Shown here: positions 9,349-18,601 of the stretch, in pieces
Position numbering within the stretch: the first letter of the stretch is position 1
Layout: every line of letters starts with the position of its first letter
NCBI GenBank assembly: GCA_040905565.1
Contig: JBBDRF010000071.1
Location: 18,968-82,967 of the forward strand
Length of the DNA: 64,000 bases
Reading direction: 5' to 3'
DNA from: Phycisphaeraceae bacterium
GTDB lineage: Bacteria; Planctomycetota; Phycisphaerae; Phycisphaerales; Zrk34
Made by a program: the position numbers and the translations under genes
The notes under the pieces: model-generated
The model's input: only the letters and a program-made list of their open reading frames with translations
The model's database searches: none
What the model was told of the DNA's origin: nothing

Positions 9349-10533
9349 TCAGGCGAGGGCGGGTTGGTCGTCGAGATCGTCGGCCCGCTGGTGGTCGCCT
9401 TCACCCTCTTCGCGGGCTTCGAGGCAGTTCAGGCGATCGATTGCCGCGAGCAGGCCGAGTGCCGCAGCGGTCATCACCCAGCCGGTGCCGCCGTAGCTCA
9501 GCAGCGGTAACGCGATGCCCTTGGTGGGGACGGTGCCGGTGACGACGGCCATGTTCATGATCGCCTGACAGCCGATCGTGGCGATGATGCCCAGCCCGAG
9601 CAGGCGGCCGAACGCGTGGCGGCAGTCACGCACGATGCCGAGGCCGACCCACATCAACGCCAGGTAAAGCCCGATCACGAGGGTGGCCCCCGCGATGCCC
9701 AGTTCATGGCAGATGATGGCGAAGAGGAAGTCGGTGGTGTCTTCCGGGACGTAGCCGTACTTGAGCGGACCGTTGCCCAGGCCCCAGCCGGTCGGACCGG
9801 CCCCGCTGATGGTGACCAGCGACTGAATCAGGTGGTAGCCGCTGCCTTGGGCGTCGGCCCAGGGGTCCATGAACGTCGTCACCCGCTGCATCCGGTAGGG
9901 CGAGACGAGGATCATGCCGACGACGGCAGCGATGGCGGGCGGAATCATCAACGCGAATTGCCACACCCTTGCCCCGGCTGCCAGAAGCATCATCAGGCCG
10001 ACGCTGCCGATGAGCACAGCCGTGCCGAGATCTTCGATCACGATCAGGCCGCAGACGACGATCAGCACCGCCAGGGCCGGCAGCACCCCGGCGAAGAATC
10101 GCCGCATCGCACCGGCGTAACGGGCGCCCCACCATGCGAGCGCCAGCACCATCGCCCACTTCGCCAGTTCACTCGGCTGAAAGCTGAGGTTCCAGCTGCG
10201 AGGGCCGAGAAAAAGCCAGCGGCTCGCACCGTTCACGTTCCGACCAAAGCCCGGCAGAAGGGCGAGAATGGAGAGGATGACCGCGAGGATCAGAAGCCAG
10301 GCGGCGGGGTTCGTCCAGCCACGCTGCGTGTAGATCTGTCGGATGTCGACGTAGCTGATCAGGAACATCACCGCGACGGCGATGAGCGCGTAAACGACCG
10401 GCCGGCCCAGCAGCGAGGCGGCGGTGGTGGCCTCGCCGCCGATGCTCATCGACGCACTGCTGACCATGATCACACCCACGCCCAGAAGGGAGATGGTGAT
10501 CCACTGCAACAGATTGCCAGAACTTGCGAGCAT
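9349..10533 (-). CDS. ftsW: SEDS-family peptidoglycan glycosyltransferase FtsW/RodA
   Basis: NGASRW, FQPSELAK, DLGT, TDFLFAII and PTKGIALPLLSYGG motifs. Confidence 0.88.
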   Translation of the reverse strand: MLASSGNLLQWITISLLGVGVIMVSSASMSIGGEATTAASLLGRPVVYALIAVAVMFLISYVDIRQIYTQRGWTNPAAWLLILAVILSILALLPGFGRNVNGASRWLFLGPRSWNLSFQPSELAKWAMVLALAWWGARYAGAMRRFFAGVLPALAVLIVVCGLIVIEDLGTAVLIGSVGLMMLLAAGARVWQFALMIPPAIAAVVGMILVSPYRMQRVTTFMDPWADAQGSGYHLIQSLVTISGAGPTGWGLGNGPLKYGYVPEDTTDFLFAIICHELGIAGATLVIGLYLALMWVGLGIVRDCRHAFGRLLGLGIIATIGCQAIMNMAVVTGTVPTKGIALPLLSYGGTGWVMTAAALGLLAAIDRLNCLEAREEGEGDHQRADDLDDQPALA

Positions 10534-10609
10534 CTTGTATTAGTCGGCCCGATAAGCGTGAGAGCTTCAAAACGTTCGTGCCGTATCGTACCCGATGACG
10601 CGGCCTTTG

Positions 10610-10662
10610 ATAGCCGCGACGCTACGCGTCGCCGGTCCAGCGACGCGTAGCGTCGCGGCTAT
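10610..10662. repeat. Perfect 23-bp inverted repeat (REP-like) in the divergent ftsW/peptidase intergenic region
   Basis: ATAGCCGCGACGCTACGCGTCGC, 7-nt loop, GCGACGCGTAGCGTCGCGGCTAT. Confidence 0.85.
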
Positions 10663-10713
10663 GTTAGAATGATCGCCCTCACCTTCAATCTTTTGCGTCA
10701 ATCGGGAGCGACC

Positions 10714-12090
10714 ATGCTGGACAAAGTGCTTGACCACCTTCGGCACGATCACGAAGCGGCGATCGATCGCCTTTGCGATTTTCTCCGCATTCCTTCGGTC
10801 TCGACGGACCCCGCTTATGCCGAGCACTGCCTCAAGGCGACCGACTGGGTGGTCGATCAGCTGCGCGCGTGCGGCGGCGAGGTGAGCATCCACGAAACGC
10901 CCCGCCATCCACTGGTGATCGCCCACTTTGAAGGTGGGAATCCCGACGCTCCCCGCGCCCTTTTCTATGGCCATTATGACGTTCAACCGCCCGATCCGCT
11001 CGAGAAGTGGACCACGCCCCCGTTCGAGCCCACCATCCGCGACGGCAAACTCTACGCCCGCGGCTCCAGCGACGATAAGGGCCAGGTCATGTGCTTCATC
11101 GAAGCGCTGCGGGCTTGGCACGACATCGCCGGCAAGCCGCCGGTGCCCGTGACGGTCTTCATCGAGGGCGAGGAAGAGTGTGGCAGCGTCTCGCTTGATG
11201 CGTTCATCGAAAAGCACCGTGATCTGCTCAAAGCCGACGTCGCCGTCGTCTCGGACACCGCCATGTGGGGCCCGGATCAGCCGGCCATCACCTACGGTCT
11301 GCGGGGGCTTCTGTACTTTGACGTGAAGCTGCACGGCCCCGGTCGCGATCTGCACTCGGGCGTCTACGGCGGCTCCGTGCCCAACCCCTGCACGCAGCTG
11401 GCGCGCGTGCTCGGAAAGCTGTTCAACGAAGACAACGCGGTCGACATCGAAGGCTTCTACGATGATGTCGCGCCGCTCACCGAAGACGAACGACGCCGCT
11501 GGGCGAACCTCAACTTCAGCGACGATGCGTGGGCCCAATCCATCGGCCTCACCGACGGCAAGGACCTTTCCGGCGAGATCGGCTTCTCCACACTCGAACG
11601 GCGATGGGCCCGACCCAGTTGCGACGTCTGCGGGCTCTACGGCGGCTATTCCGGCGAAGGCGCGAAGACCGTCATCCCCTCATTCGCCGGTGCCAAAGTC
11701 AGCTTTCGACTTGCTGCCACGCAGGACCCCAACCGCATCAGCGACCTGTTCCGCGACTTCCTCAAGGCCAACACGCCCGCTGGCTGCCGGTGGGAGATCG
11801 AAGAGTTCGGCCGCGCCCGGCCGGTCGTGATCCCGATCGATTCCCCCTGGATCGCCGCCGCCCAGCAGGCGGTGGAAACCGGCTGCGGCCGTGAAGCCGT
11901 GCTCAACCGTGAGGGCGCGACGATTCCCGTCGTGGCCACTTTCAAGGAGCTGCTGGGGCTCGACACGTTGCTGATTGGTTTCGGCCTGCACGACGACAAT
12001 CTGCATTCGCCGAACGAGAAGTTCGAGCTCAACAACTTCCGCATGGGCTGCCTCACGCACGCCTCACTGCTGGCGAAGCTGGCGGGCTGA
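10714..12090 (+). CDS. M20-family dipeptidase
   Basis: YGHYDVQP, ARGSSDDKG, EGEEECGS, DLHSG and HSPNEKF motifs. Confidence 0.95.
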   Translation: MLDKVLDHLRHDHEAAIDRLCDFLRIPSVSTDPAYAEHCLKATDWVVDQLRACGGEVSIHETPRHPLVIAHFEGGNPDAPRALFYGHYDVQPPDPLEKWTTPPFEPTIRDGKLYARGSSDDKGQVMCFIEALRAWHDIAGKPPVPVTVFIEGEEECGSVSLDAFIEKHRDLLKADVAVVSDTAMWGPDQPAITYGLRGLLYFDVKLHGPGRDLHSGVYGGSVPNPCTQLARVLGKLFNEDNAVDIEGFYDDVAPLTEDERRRWANLNFSDDAWAQSIGLTDGKDLSGEIGFSTLERRWARPSCDVCGLYGGYSGEGAKTVIPSFAGAKVSFRLAATQDPNRISDLFRDFLKANTPAGCRWEIEEFGRARPVVIPIDSPWIAAAQQAVETGCGREAVLNREGATIPVVATFKELLGLDTLLIGFGLHDDNLHSPNEKFELNNFRMGCLTHASLLAKLAG

Positions 12091-12117
12091 GCGGCTGCGC
12101 CCGTCATTGAGCGAGCG

Positions 12118-12151
12118 CAAAAAAACCCGGCAATCACGATTGCCGGGCCTT
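12118..12151. terminator. Intrinsic terminator-like hairpin after the M20 gene
   Basis: CCCGGCAATC-AC-GATTGCCGGG stem preceded by an A-run. Confidence 0.7.
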
Positions 12152-12456
12152 CGAACGGTGTGGGATCCATGATACGTCAGGTGGTCTCTGAATGGGTTCC
12201 CTGTTTCGAGGTGATTTTCAGGGTTTTTTCGACGATTACAGCGAATTTTACCGAGTCGGGCGAGCAGTTGGCACCCGCGACCCGTTGAAGGGCAGAGGCT
12301 TACGACGATGCGGGCCCGAATTCCCTGCTTGCCAAAACAGGGAACGGGCAGGGAATTGCGGTCGGCAGAAACTGCGATCATGTCGAATTCGCCCGCCCTT
12401 GCCGATGGTCCTGGGGATTGTGGATGTGTGTCGATGAGGAAACGTTTCTGCGAGGT

Positions 12457-13671
12457 TCACTCCCAACAAGCCAGCAGCTCCTGAAGTCGCTCCCGGTGGC
12501 TGGCCATGTGGGATTTGATGGTTGGCGTGCGCAGTAGTTCCTGCACGGTCTCGAAGGTGCAGGCCTGGTACTTAGCCATGATCCAGACGAACTCGAGCGT
12601 GTAATCGGGCTCGAGCTTCAGCAGCGAGCGGCGGGCCGACTCGATCTCCTTCTTGTCCGCCGGCTTCCATTTCGCCCCGTGCCTGACCAACAGGTGGATC
12701 GCCTTGATGTGTTCCCGAGCCCGCGGCGTATCTGCTTTGCGCGCGCCCCGGTGGCCGTCCCAAAATCTACCATATGAACTCGGAACGTAGTCCCAGCTCA
12801 TGCTCTCGAGGCACGGCTCGATGGCGGAACAGCCGCCATCGGGCTGGTCGTTGGGATCCAGCCCCTTCTCGAGCAGGCTTTTCAGAACCTCCACACCTTT
12901 GCCGTGCGTCAAATAGCGCACGAACTCGGAGGGGTTGGGGCCCGGCAGCCCGGCCCGGATCGGCTTGAGGCTGAAAACTTCATAATGGCCGAGAAGCGCC
13001 GCCAACCCCACGGCCGACCACGGCTCGTCGTCCTCGTCCACTTCCTCCTCGGGGTGACTGAAGCCCGGAGTGAAAGGGTCGGCTCCGGCCCAGAGCATCA
13101 GCGAGACCCATTTCAGGTTGCCCTCCGCGCAGTGATGGCGTAGAGCGATATCGGCCTGTTGCTGCAACTCGGGCATCTGTTCGCGATGTCGCTTGTAAAC
13201 CCCCAGCGCGGTGCGGATGCGATTGCACAAGGCCCAAGCGAACGGCTGGCCTGCCCGGATCTCGGCCCCGCGCTCGATGAAGTAGTCCATGATCTTCGGA
13301 TCCCACGTGCCAAAGACCTGATGCATGTCGACGGTCCTGGGGTCGAAGTCGTGCTCGACGAGAAGCTGCACGATGTCCAACCGCTTCGCCTGCAGGGCGC
13401 GATATATTGGCGCGTCGTCCCCTGCCGGCTCCTGAATCGCCCCGCCCTCGAGCAGCACCTGCACGAGACTGTGGAAGCCGCGGTCAATGGCGTACTCGAG
13501 CGGGGTCTTGGGGCGGTGGCCCTTCTCAGGAGGCGGCGGAGCGTTGACGGGATTGCCCTCGGCGATCCACGTTTGGACATCGAATAAGCGCCCGGCCTTG
13601 CACAACTCGATCAACGGGGCGATGGCCTCCTGGTTCGCTGCCCGTCGTATGTTCAAGGAAGCCTCGGTCAT
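12457..13671 (-). CDS. Ankyrin-repeat-like protein
   Basis: TPLEYAIDRGFHSLVQVLLEGGA and ALRHHCAEGNLKWVSLMLWAGADP. Confidence 0.7.
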   Translation of the reverse strand: MTEASLNIRRAANQEAIAPLIELCKAGRLFDVQTWIAEGNPVNAPPPPEKGHRPKTPLEYAIDRGFHSLVQVLLEGGAIQEPAGDDAPIYRALQAKRLDIVQLLVEHDFDPRTVDMHQVFGTWDPKIMDYFIERGAEIRAGQPFAWALCNRIRTALGVYKRHREQMPELQQQADIALRHHCAEGNLKWVSLMLWAGADPFTPGFSHPEEEVDEDDEPWSAVGLAALLGHYEVFSLKPIRAGLPGPNPSEFVRYLTHGKGVEVLKSLLEKGLDPNDQPDGGCSAIEPCLESMSWDYVPSSYGRFWDGHRGARKADTPRAREHIKAIHLLVRHGAKWKPADKKEIESARRSLLKLEPDYTLEFVWIMAKYQACTFETVQELLRTPTIKSHMASHRERLQELLACWE

Positions 13672-13675
13672 GGCT

Positions 13676-14862
13676 CTACCACCGGTAGCCGTAGCGACGC
13701 GGCTCGTCCTCCTCCAAGCCCTTCTCATCCAAGATAGACGGCGGGCTGGGGCGCAGCGGGTCCAGCCGGTCGGCCTGCTGCCTGGCCCATTCGATCCACT
13801 TTGCCAGCTCGCTGCCCGGCTCGATCGGTCCCTCGGCCGCGTGCGCCGCCCGCACCGCCTCGATCAGCTCCCGCACTCGGCGACACAGTTCTCCGCCTGG
13901 GTCAGCAGCTCGTTCACGCGGGCCTTCTCCGCCTGGTACAGCTTGCGCCGCTCGGCTCGCCGCTGGGCCTCTTCCTGGCGGCGCCGCTCCGCTTGCCGGC
14001 GATCTTCCTCCCGCCGCCTCTGCTCCTCCTCATGCTCCTTAACCCGCGCAGCCATCTGGACGAGGCCGGCGACGAACGAGTTGAGCCGATCCTCCAGCCG
14101 CCTGGTTTTGGTGTCCCGCCAGGTACGCTGGCAGCCCGGCGTGCGGTACGGCCCGCCCGACAGGATCTCGAGCGTGAACTGGCCCGAGGGCACACGCTTC
14201 TCGTCGAAGCGGCTGTGACCGAACTCGTAAGGGCCGTTGAGGTCGTGGTCCTCGCGCGGCTTGCGCTCGGTCTTCAGCGACTCGCTGAGGCTGAATCGCA
14301 CCGGCGTGTCGTCGAGGGTGACGGTGGGGCCCGAGGCGACCTCGTAGCCGCGCTGCTCCATGGCCTTGAGCACGGCGTCCAGAATCAGCAGCGCCCGCCG
14401 CAGGTTGGCCTTGGAACTGCGAATATCCAGCACCGGCTCGTCGGGCCGGAGGATCATCTTGTGCTCATCCGTGCGGGCGCTTTGCATCTGCTGGTTCGCC
14501 CGGCTGACGAGTTTGTGGCAGCCCCGCAGATCCTCCGCAACCTCAATGCGTTGCGCCGGCTGGCGCTCAGCCTCGATCTGCTGCCGAGTGTCCTCGGACA
14601 GATCGAACGCACCGTCTCGATCCAAATCCCGCAGTTTGATTTCCTCGTCGCGTTCGTGTTTCGGCAGCGGCGTCTGGGCCGGCCTCTGCCCGTGCTGGAG
14701 CTTGGCCCAATAGCCCCGCGGCGGGCGAGAGATGTCGTGCTTGCGGCAGATTTTGGCCAAACCCACGTCCGAGAGGCCGTAGGTTTTAGCCAGCCGCAAA
14801 ACGGGCTGTTCCCACACCAGTCGGTAGAGCTCCCTACGCCTGATGGTCGTGGTGGCACCCAT
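13676..14862 (-). pseudogene. Mobile-element-associated hypothetical protein, frameshifted near 13885
   Basis: N-terminal RRELYRLVWEQP...PPRGYWAK and the expected C-terminal WIEWARQQADRLDPL lie in different frames (ORFs 13864-14943 and 13676-13876). Confidence 0.7.
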
Positions 14863-15084
14863 CGGATCCCCGTTGCCATCTGCTCGCGAAGTGGCTGCGA
14901 GCGAGTATACGAGGAGCGGCCGCGTGCTCGCTACCCCATGCATTCAACCCGTCGATCCGGCTGGCCAGTGGGATAAGGACTGGGCCACGTGTGGCGAGGT
15001 GCGATCGCCAAAAGCAGGTGGAAGCGCAGTTTGCCACGAATCTATTGCGCCTGAAGGAAGAGCGTGCTCGGTTGAGTGAGCGCA

Positions 15085-15603
15085 CTAACCCGATTCCTGC
15101 GAAAAAAGCTGCTCGATCAGATCCCTGCAATGGCGAAATGACGGCTTGACTGTCGGGTGGAGCATCACGCTGCCGTGGGCGTAGACGTTTCGGATGTGCC
15201 GCATTGCCTCCATCATCGCGCAGCTTCTCTTCTCCTCCGGAAGATACCCCTGCTGAATCGCCTCATTGGTGAGCTGCGCCAATCCGCCAGCTTCGCACTT
15301 GAGCCGGATCTTCAACGCCAGTTCGAACGTCGAAAAAGCGTGACGCTCAGCAAGCGGAAAGAACCGGAACACATGCCACGCGTACAACCAGACGTTCCGC
15401 GCGGTGTCCCATTGAACACGCACGTCCTCGGGGACGGCCGCCGAGAGTCCGTACTCCGCAACAACCTCATGCATATCCGCAAGGGTCCAGGGCCGAAACT
15501 TGAGCGTATCCCTGTCCCTCGTGCAGTAGTCCTCGAATCGGCTATCCGGTTCGTGCACCTCGTTTAACGCGCGAAACCCGTCTGCTCCCAAAGGGCTGCT
15601 CAT
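15085..15603 (-). CDS. HEPN-like domain protein
   Basis: Helical protein with ELALK followed by RNVYAH (Rx4H). Confidence 0.6.
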   Translation of the reverse strand: MSSPLGADGFRALNEVHEPDSRFEDYCTRDRDTLKFRPWTLADMHEVVAEYGLSAAVPEDVRVQWDTARNVWLYAWHVFRFFPLAERHAFSTFELALKIRLKCEAGGLAQLTNEAIQQGYLPEEKRSCAMMEAMRHIRNVYAHGSVMLHPTVKPSFRHCRDLIEQLFSQESG

Positions 15604-15756
15604 TCCGTCGCTCCTCGTGTCTCTGTGCCTTCGGCGGCCATTCTAGCACTTGGTCGCACGAGGCTCGTTCAGACGGATCCGTCGCGCGGCGGTGGAGCCG
15701 TGGAGATCAGCGGGCGGCTCATTCGAGACGCCGGGTGTGCCGATGATACGGCTAGC

Positions 15757-16428
15757 ATGAACAGGCACGACCAGTACCGGCAATTCGTTCAGGAACGGAA
15801 GGCATGCACTGCTTGCAACGGTCTGACCAACGCGGCCGAAATCGACGGCGGCATCAACGACAGCGATCGAATCGGCCCCTACTCGCGCTGGCAGGGTAAT
15901 CTCGACGCTGAGCTGATGGTTGTGGCGCAGGACTTTGCGGACGTGGAGAGATTCCGTCGGGTTCGCGGCTGGCCTGACGAGCACGCCGGCACCAACCTCA
16001 GGCTTGTCGAGCTATTGGCCGAAGCAGGCATCACGATCGAGGCGCCATGTGCCGGAATGTCCGAGGATCGGGTGTTCTTCACGAACGCCGTCCTGTGCAT
16101 GAAACGTAAGGACACCACCATTCCGAAAGACTGCTTCCGGCGGTGTGGTGAGCGTTTCCTACGCCCGATGATCGAGTTGGTGGCGCCCCAGATTGTCGTC
16201 ACCCTCGGCGGGGGCGCGCTGCAGGCGACCTGTCACGCGTTCGGCCATCATCCGCCGCGCCGGCTGGCTGATGCGGCGACCAACCCGATCCGCCTGAATC
16301 CGAAGAGCGTGCTGATGCCGCTGTATCACCCGAGCGGTCGCGTGTTTAACAGGTATCGTTCGATGGAAAATCAGCGGCAAGACTGGCGGCGCGTCCGGCA
16401 GTTGCTTGCGCGGCCCCTAATGTGCTGA
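15757..16428 (+). CDS. Uracil-DNA glycosylase superfamily protein (Fe-S type)
   Basis: CTAC, VVAQDF, FFTNAVLC, PQIVVTLG and LYHPS motifs. Confidence 0.85.
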   Translation: MNRHDQYRQFVQERKACTACNGLTNAAEIDGGINDSDRIGPYSRWQGNLDAELMVVAQDFADVERFRRVRGWPDEHAGTNLRLVELLAEAGITIEAPCAGMSEDRVFFTNAVLCMKRKDTTIPKDCFRRCGERFLRPMIELVAPQIVVTLGGGALQATCHAFGHHPPRRLADAATNPIRLNPKSVLMPLYHPSGRVFNRYRSMENQRQDWRRVRQLLARPLMC

Positions 16429-16831
16429 CATGGCGGACTGCGATGCGGCGGGTACAGGTACAATGTGCTGCCCTCAGGCTCGCCGCCCCTCGTATACTTG
16501 CAGGCGGACCTAGCCATGATCACGAGGCATTCGTGGCCGGGGGTGTTCGATGGCGGCACATCGACGAAACCGAGGATCAGTTCGAGCTGTGTCGGCGCGG
16601 GTGTATGCGGTGAGGACTTCCGCCGCGTGTTCACACTCAGGCTCATTCATGAACACGTTGCCGGAGGTCGGACGAATTTTTCGACGTGCTTCACGTGCAG
16701 GCAAACGTCAGCCCATCCCATACGCTTGTGCACCACGTTCAACTCCGCTTGGCCACGCGCTCTGAGAGATGCGCGACCACCGCCCACGCGCGCTGCCGAA
16801 GCGTGAATACGACGCCAGTGTCAGCGCCATT

Positions 16832-17740
16832 TTAAGGCACCATCAAAGTCACGCGTCCAAGCGAGCAAACCGGGCGGATGAGAATGAACACCTGGTAGCC
16901 CGTGGTGAAGGCCTCTCCCACACACTCGTGAGACAGGCCGTTTCGGTCGGTCAACGTGCAGGTTCGCGGCCGAGACATCCTGCGTCCGCCCATTGGGATC
17001 ATCGCGCCGAATCGATCGTCAGGGGTATACGTTTCAGCCCATAGGAGATTGCCGAACTGCTCGCTGAAATGCGGCGACACGATGGCGCGGCGGAGCGTGG
17101 CAACAAAGCCATCCCCGGGTGCGATCTCAGGCGGGTTGAGGACCAGCACCGCGCAGGCTTTGTGGTGGGTTGAGACGTAGCGGCGCACTGCCGAGTAAGC
17201 GGATGCGCCATATCTCTTAGCCAATTCGAGCGGCACGCGGATGCCGAACGTGCGATCGGCAGCCTCACGGGTGAAGGCGTCGTTCTGAAATAGAACTTCG
17301 GAGGCAAACACGTTGGCCTCACGCTCGAACTCCTCGGCCACGTCGGGATCGAGCGTCTGGCCGCAGTCTTCGATCACCCCGTAGAGGTCCCGCTGCCAGG
17401 GCAGAACGGCGTGCCCCGCCTCGTGTAGTTTCAGAAAGGTCTGTTTGGCGATGTGCACCGCCCGGTCGATGTAAACCAGGCGCGCTTTGGCGTCGAAGAC
17501 ACCGAGCACCTTCGATAGAGCTTGTTTGAGCGCCGACCCCGCCTTGCGCCGGATCCGGGCGAGAAAACTCTCGTCGAGAGCATCCTCGGGCGCGACAACC
17601 ACCTTGGCCTGCTCGAGGACCTGGCCGACCGGCGTGGGGTAGACGCCCACCGCGTCGGCCGCCTCAAGAGCGCGGCGAGCATGCTGCCGAACCTCCTCGT
17701 GCTGTTCAGGCGTCAGAAAACTATCGTCGGCCTTACTCAC
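16832..17740 (-). CDS. capP: ImmA/IrrE-family metallopeptidase, CapP-like
   Basis: HEAGH (HExxH) and EREANVFASEVLF; overlaps the upstream XRE gene; the pair is divergent from a defence operon. Confidence 0.85.
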   Translation of the reverse strand: MSKADDSFLTPEQHEEVRQHARRALEAADAVGVYPTPVGQVLEQAKVVVAPEDALDESFLARIRRKAGSALKQALSKVLGVFDAKARLVYIDRAVHIAKQTFLKLHEAGHAVLPWQRDLYGVIEDCGQTLDPDVAEEFEREANVFASEVLFQNDAFTREAADRTFGIRVPLELAKRYGASAYSAVRRYVSTHHKACAVLVLNPPEIAPGDGFVATLRRAIVSPHFSEQFGNLLWAETYTPDDRFGAMIPMGGRRMSRPRTCTLTDRNGLSHECVGEAFTTGYQVFILIRPVCSLGRVTLMVP

Positions 17741-18122
17741 CGCTTCCCCTTCGTGATCTCAGGAACGCCAGGTAACGGAGCAGTTCCTCCTCCTCCTCCG
17801 GGCTCAGGTTCTCCCCTGCGACAGTTGCCACCCGCCCGTGTGCTTGCCCCTCCTCTCGCTCGGAGGAGGGCATGATGTAGCCGGCCTTTTCCATCAGCGT
17901 CTCGTAGGGCACGCCGTAGACGCCGGCCAGCGTGTGCAAGACGCTGGGTGATGGCTTGGTGATACGGCCTCGCTCAAGCTGACTGAGATAGGCATTGGAA
18001 ATTTGCTTGTCCGACGCCTGCTCGACCTCCCGCAGGGTCATCTTCTTGGCCGTACGGATATAGGCGAGAAAATCCCCTAAGCTCTGTTTTGCGTGCTCTT
18101 TATGGCTTTTGCCAGTTTTCAT
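17733..18122 (-). CDS. capH: XRE-family HTH repressor, CapH-like
   Basis: MTLREVE...ISNAYLSQLERG...KPS and C-terminal helix EEEELLRYLAFLRSRR. Confidence 0.85.
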   Translation of the reverse strand: MKTGKSHKEHAKQSLGDFLAYIRTAKKMTLREVEQASDKQISNAYLSQLERGRITKPSPSVLHTLAGVYGVPYETLMEKAGYIMPSSEREEGQAHGRVATVAGENLSPEEEEELLRYLAFLRSRRGSGE

Positions 18123-18186
18123 GGCATCTCCGGCAAGTCGAGAGACCACCAACCCACCTCCAAATAAGGATACACCCGTCGCGTAA

Positions 18187-18240
18187 TTTATCAAGCGTTG
18201 CACAGGCTCTGCTTGATAAACTTAGCAAGCTTGGTACAAT
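18187..18240 (+). promoter_or_regulatory. Operator inverted repeat overlapping the promoter of the Ubl operon
   Basis: TTTATCAAGC (18187-18196), N14, GCTTGATAAA (18211-18220); third 8/10 copy CTTAGCAAGC (18221-18230); -35 TTGATA at 18213-18218 and extended -10 TGnTACAAT at 18232-18240. Confidence 0.75.
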
Positions 18241-18322
18241 GAGCATGATGGGCTTTACCGGCAGGGGCTTCTCATTGGGAGGGGCCACTACTGCATCGGA
18301 CAAACGCGAAAGGGCTTTGATC

Positions 18323-18601
18323 ATGAGCAGCGAAGGCAACACCAGCGGGCCACCCACTACCACCGTGACCATTCATATCCCCTCCGATCCGACCCCGCGC
18401 GAGTTCACCTGGCCGAAGACGATCAAGGTTGGTGAGGCCGCGGACGAGGCCGCGGACGAGTTCGGGATCTCGGAGTCGGCCGAGGCTCCGACATTTCAGA
18501 ACGCCTCCGGCGAGGTGCTCGATCGCCAGAAGCCGCTGGTGGCTGAGGGCGTGGAGGACGGGGCCGTGCTCGACTTAGTCAGCGCCGGAGGTGGGGTGTG
18601 A
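18323..18601 (+). CDS. bilA: Single-domain ubiquitin-like protein (BilA-like)
   Basis: 92 aa with beta-grasp pattern VTIHIP...KVGEAA...LDRQKPLVAEGVEDGAVLDLV, ending in SAGGGV. Confidence 0.85.
   Translation: MSSEGNTSGPPTTTVTIHIPSDPTPREFTWPKTIKVGEAADEAADEFGISESAEAPTFQNASGEVLDRQKPLVAEGVEDGAVLDLVSAGGGV

Noticed and set aside
12150..12175. Direct-repeat copy of the tRNA-Ser 3' end (GTGGGAT)
   Set aside because: Only about 7 bp match, which is too short to call an att duplication.
16430..16830. Small gene between the UDG-like gene and capP
   Set aside because: Several short frames, none with a convincing start or motif; possibly a degraded remnant.
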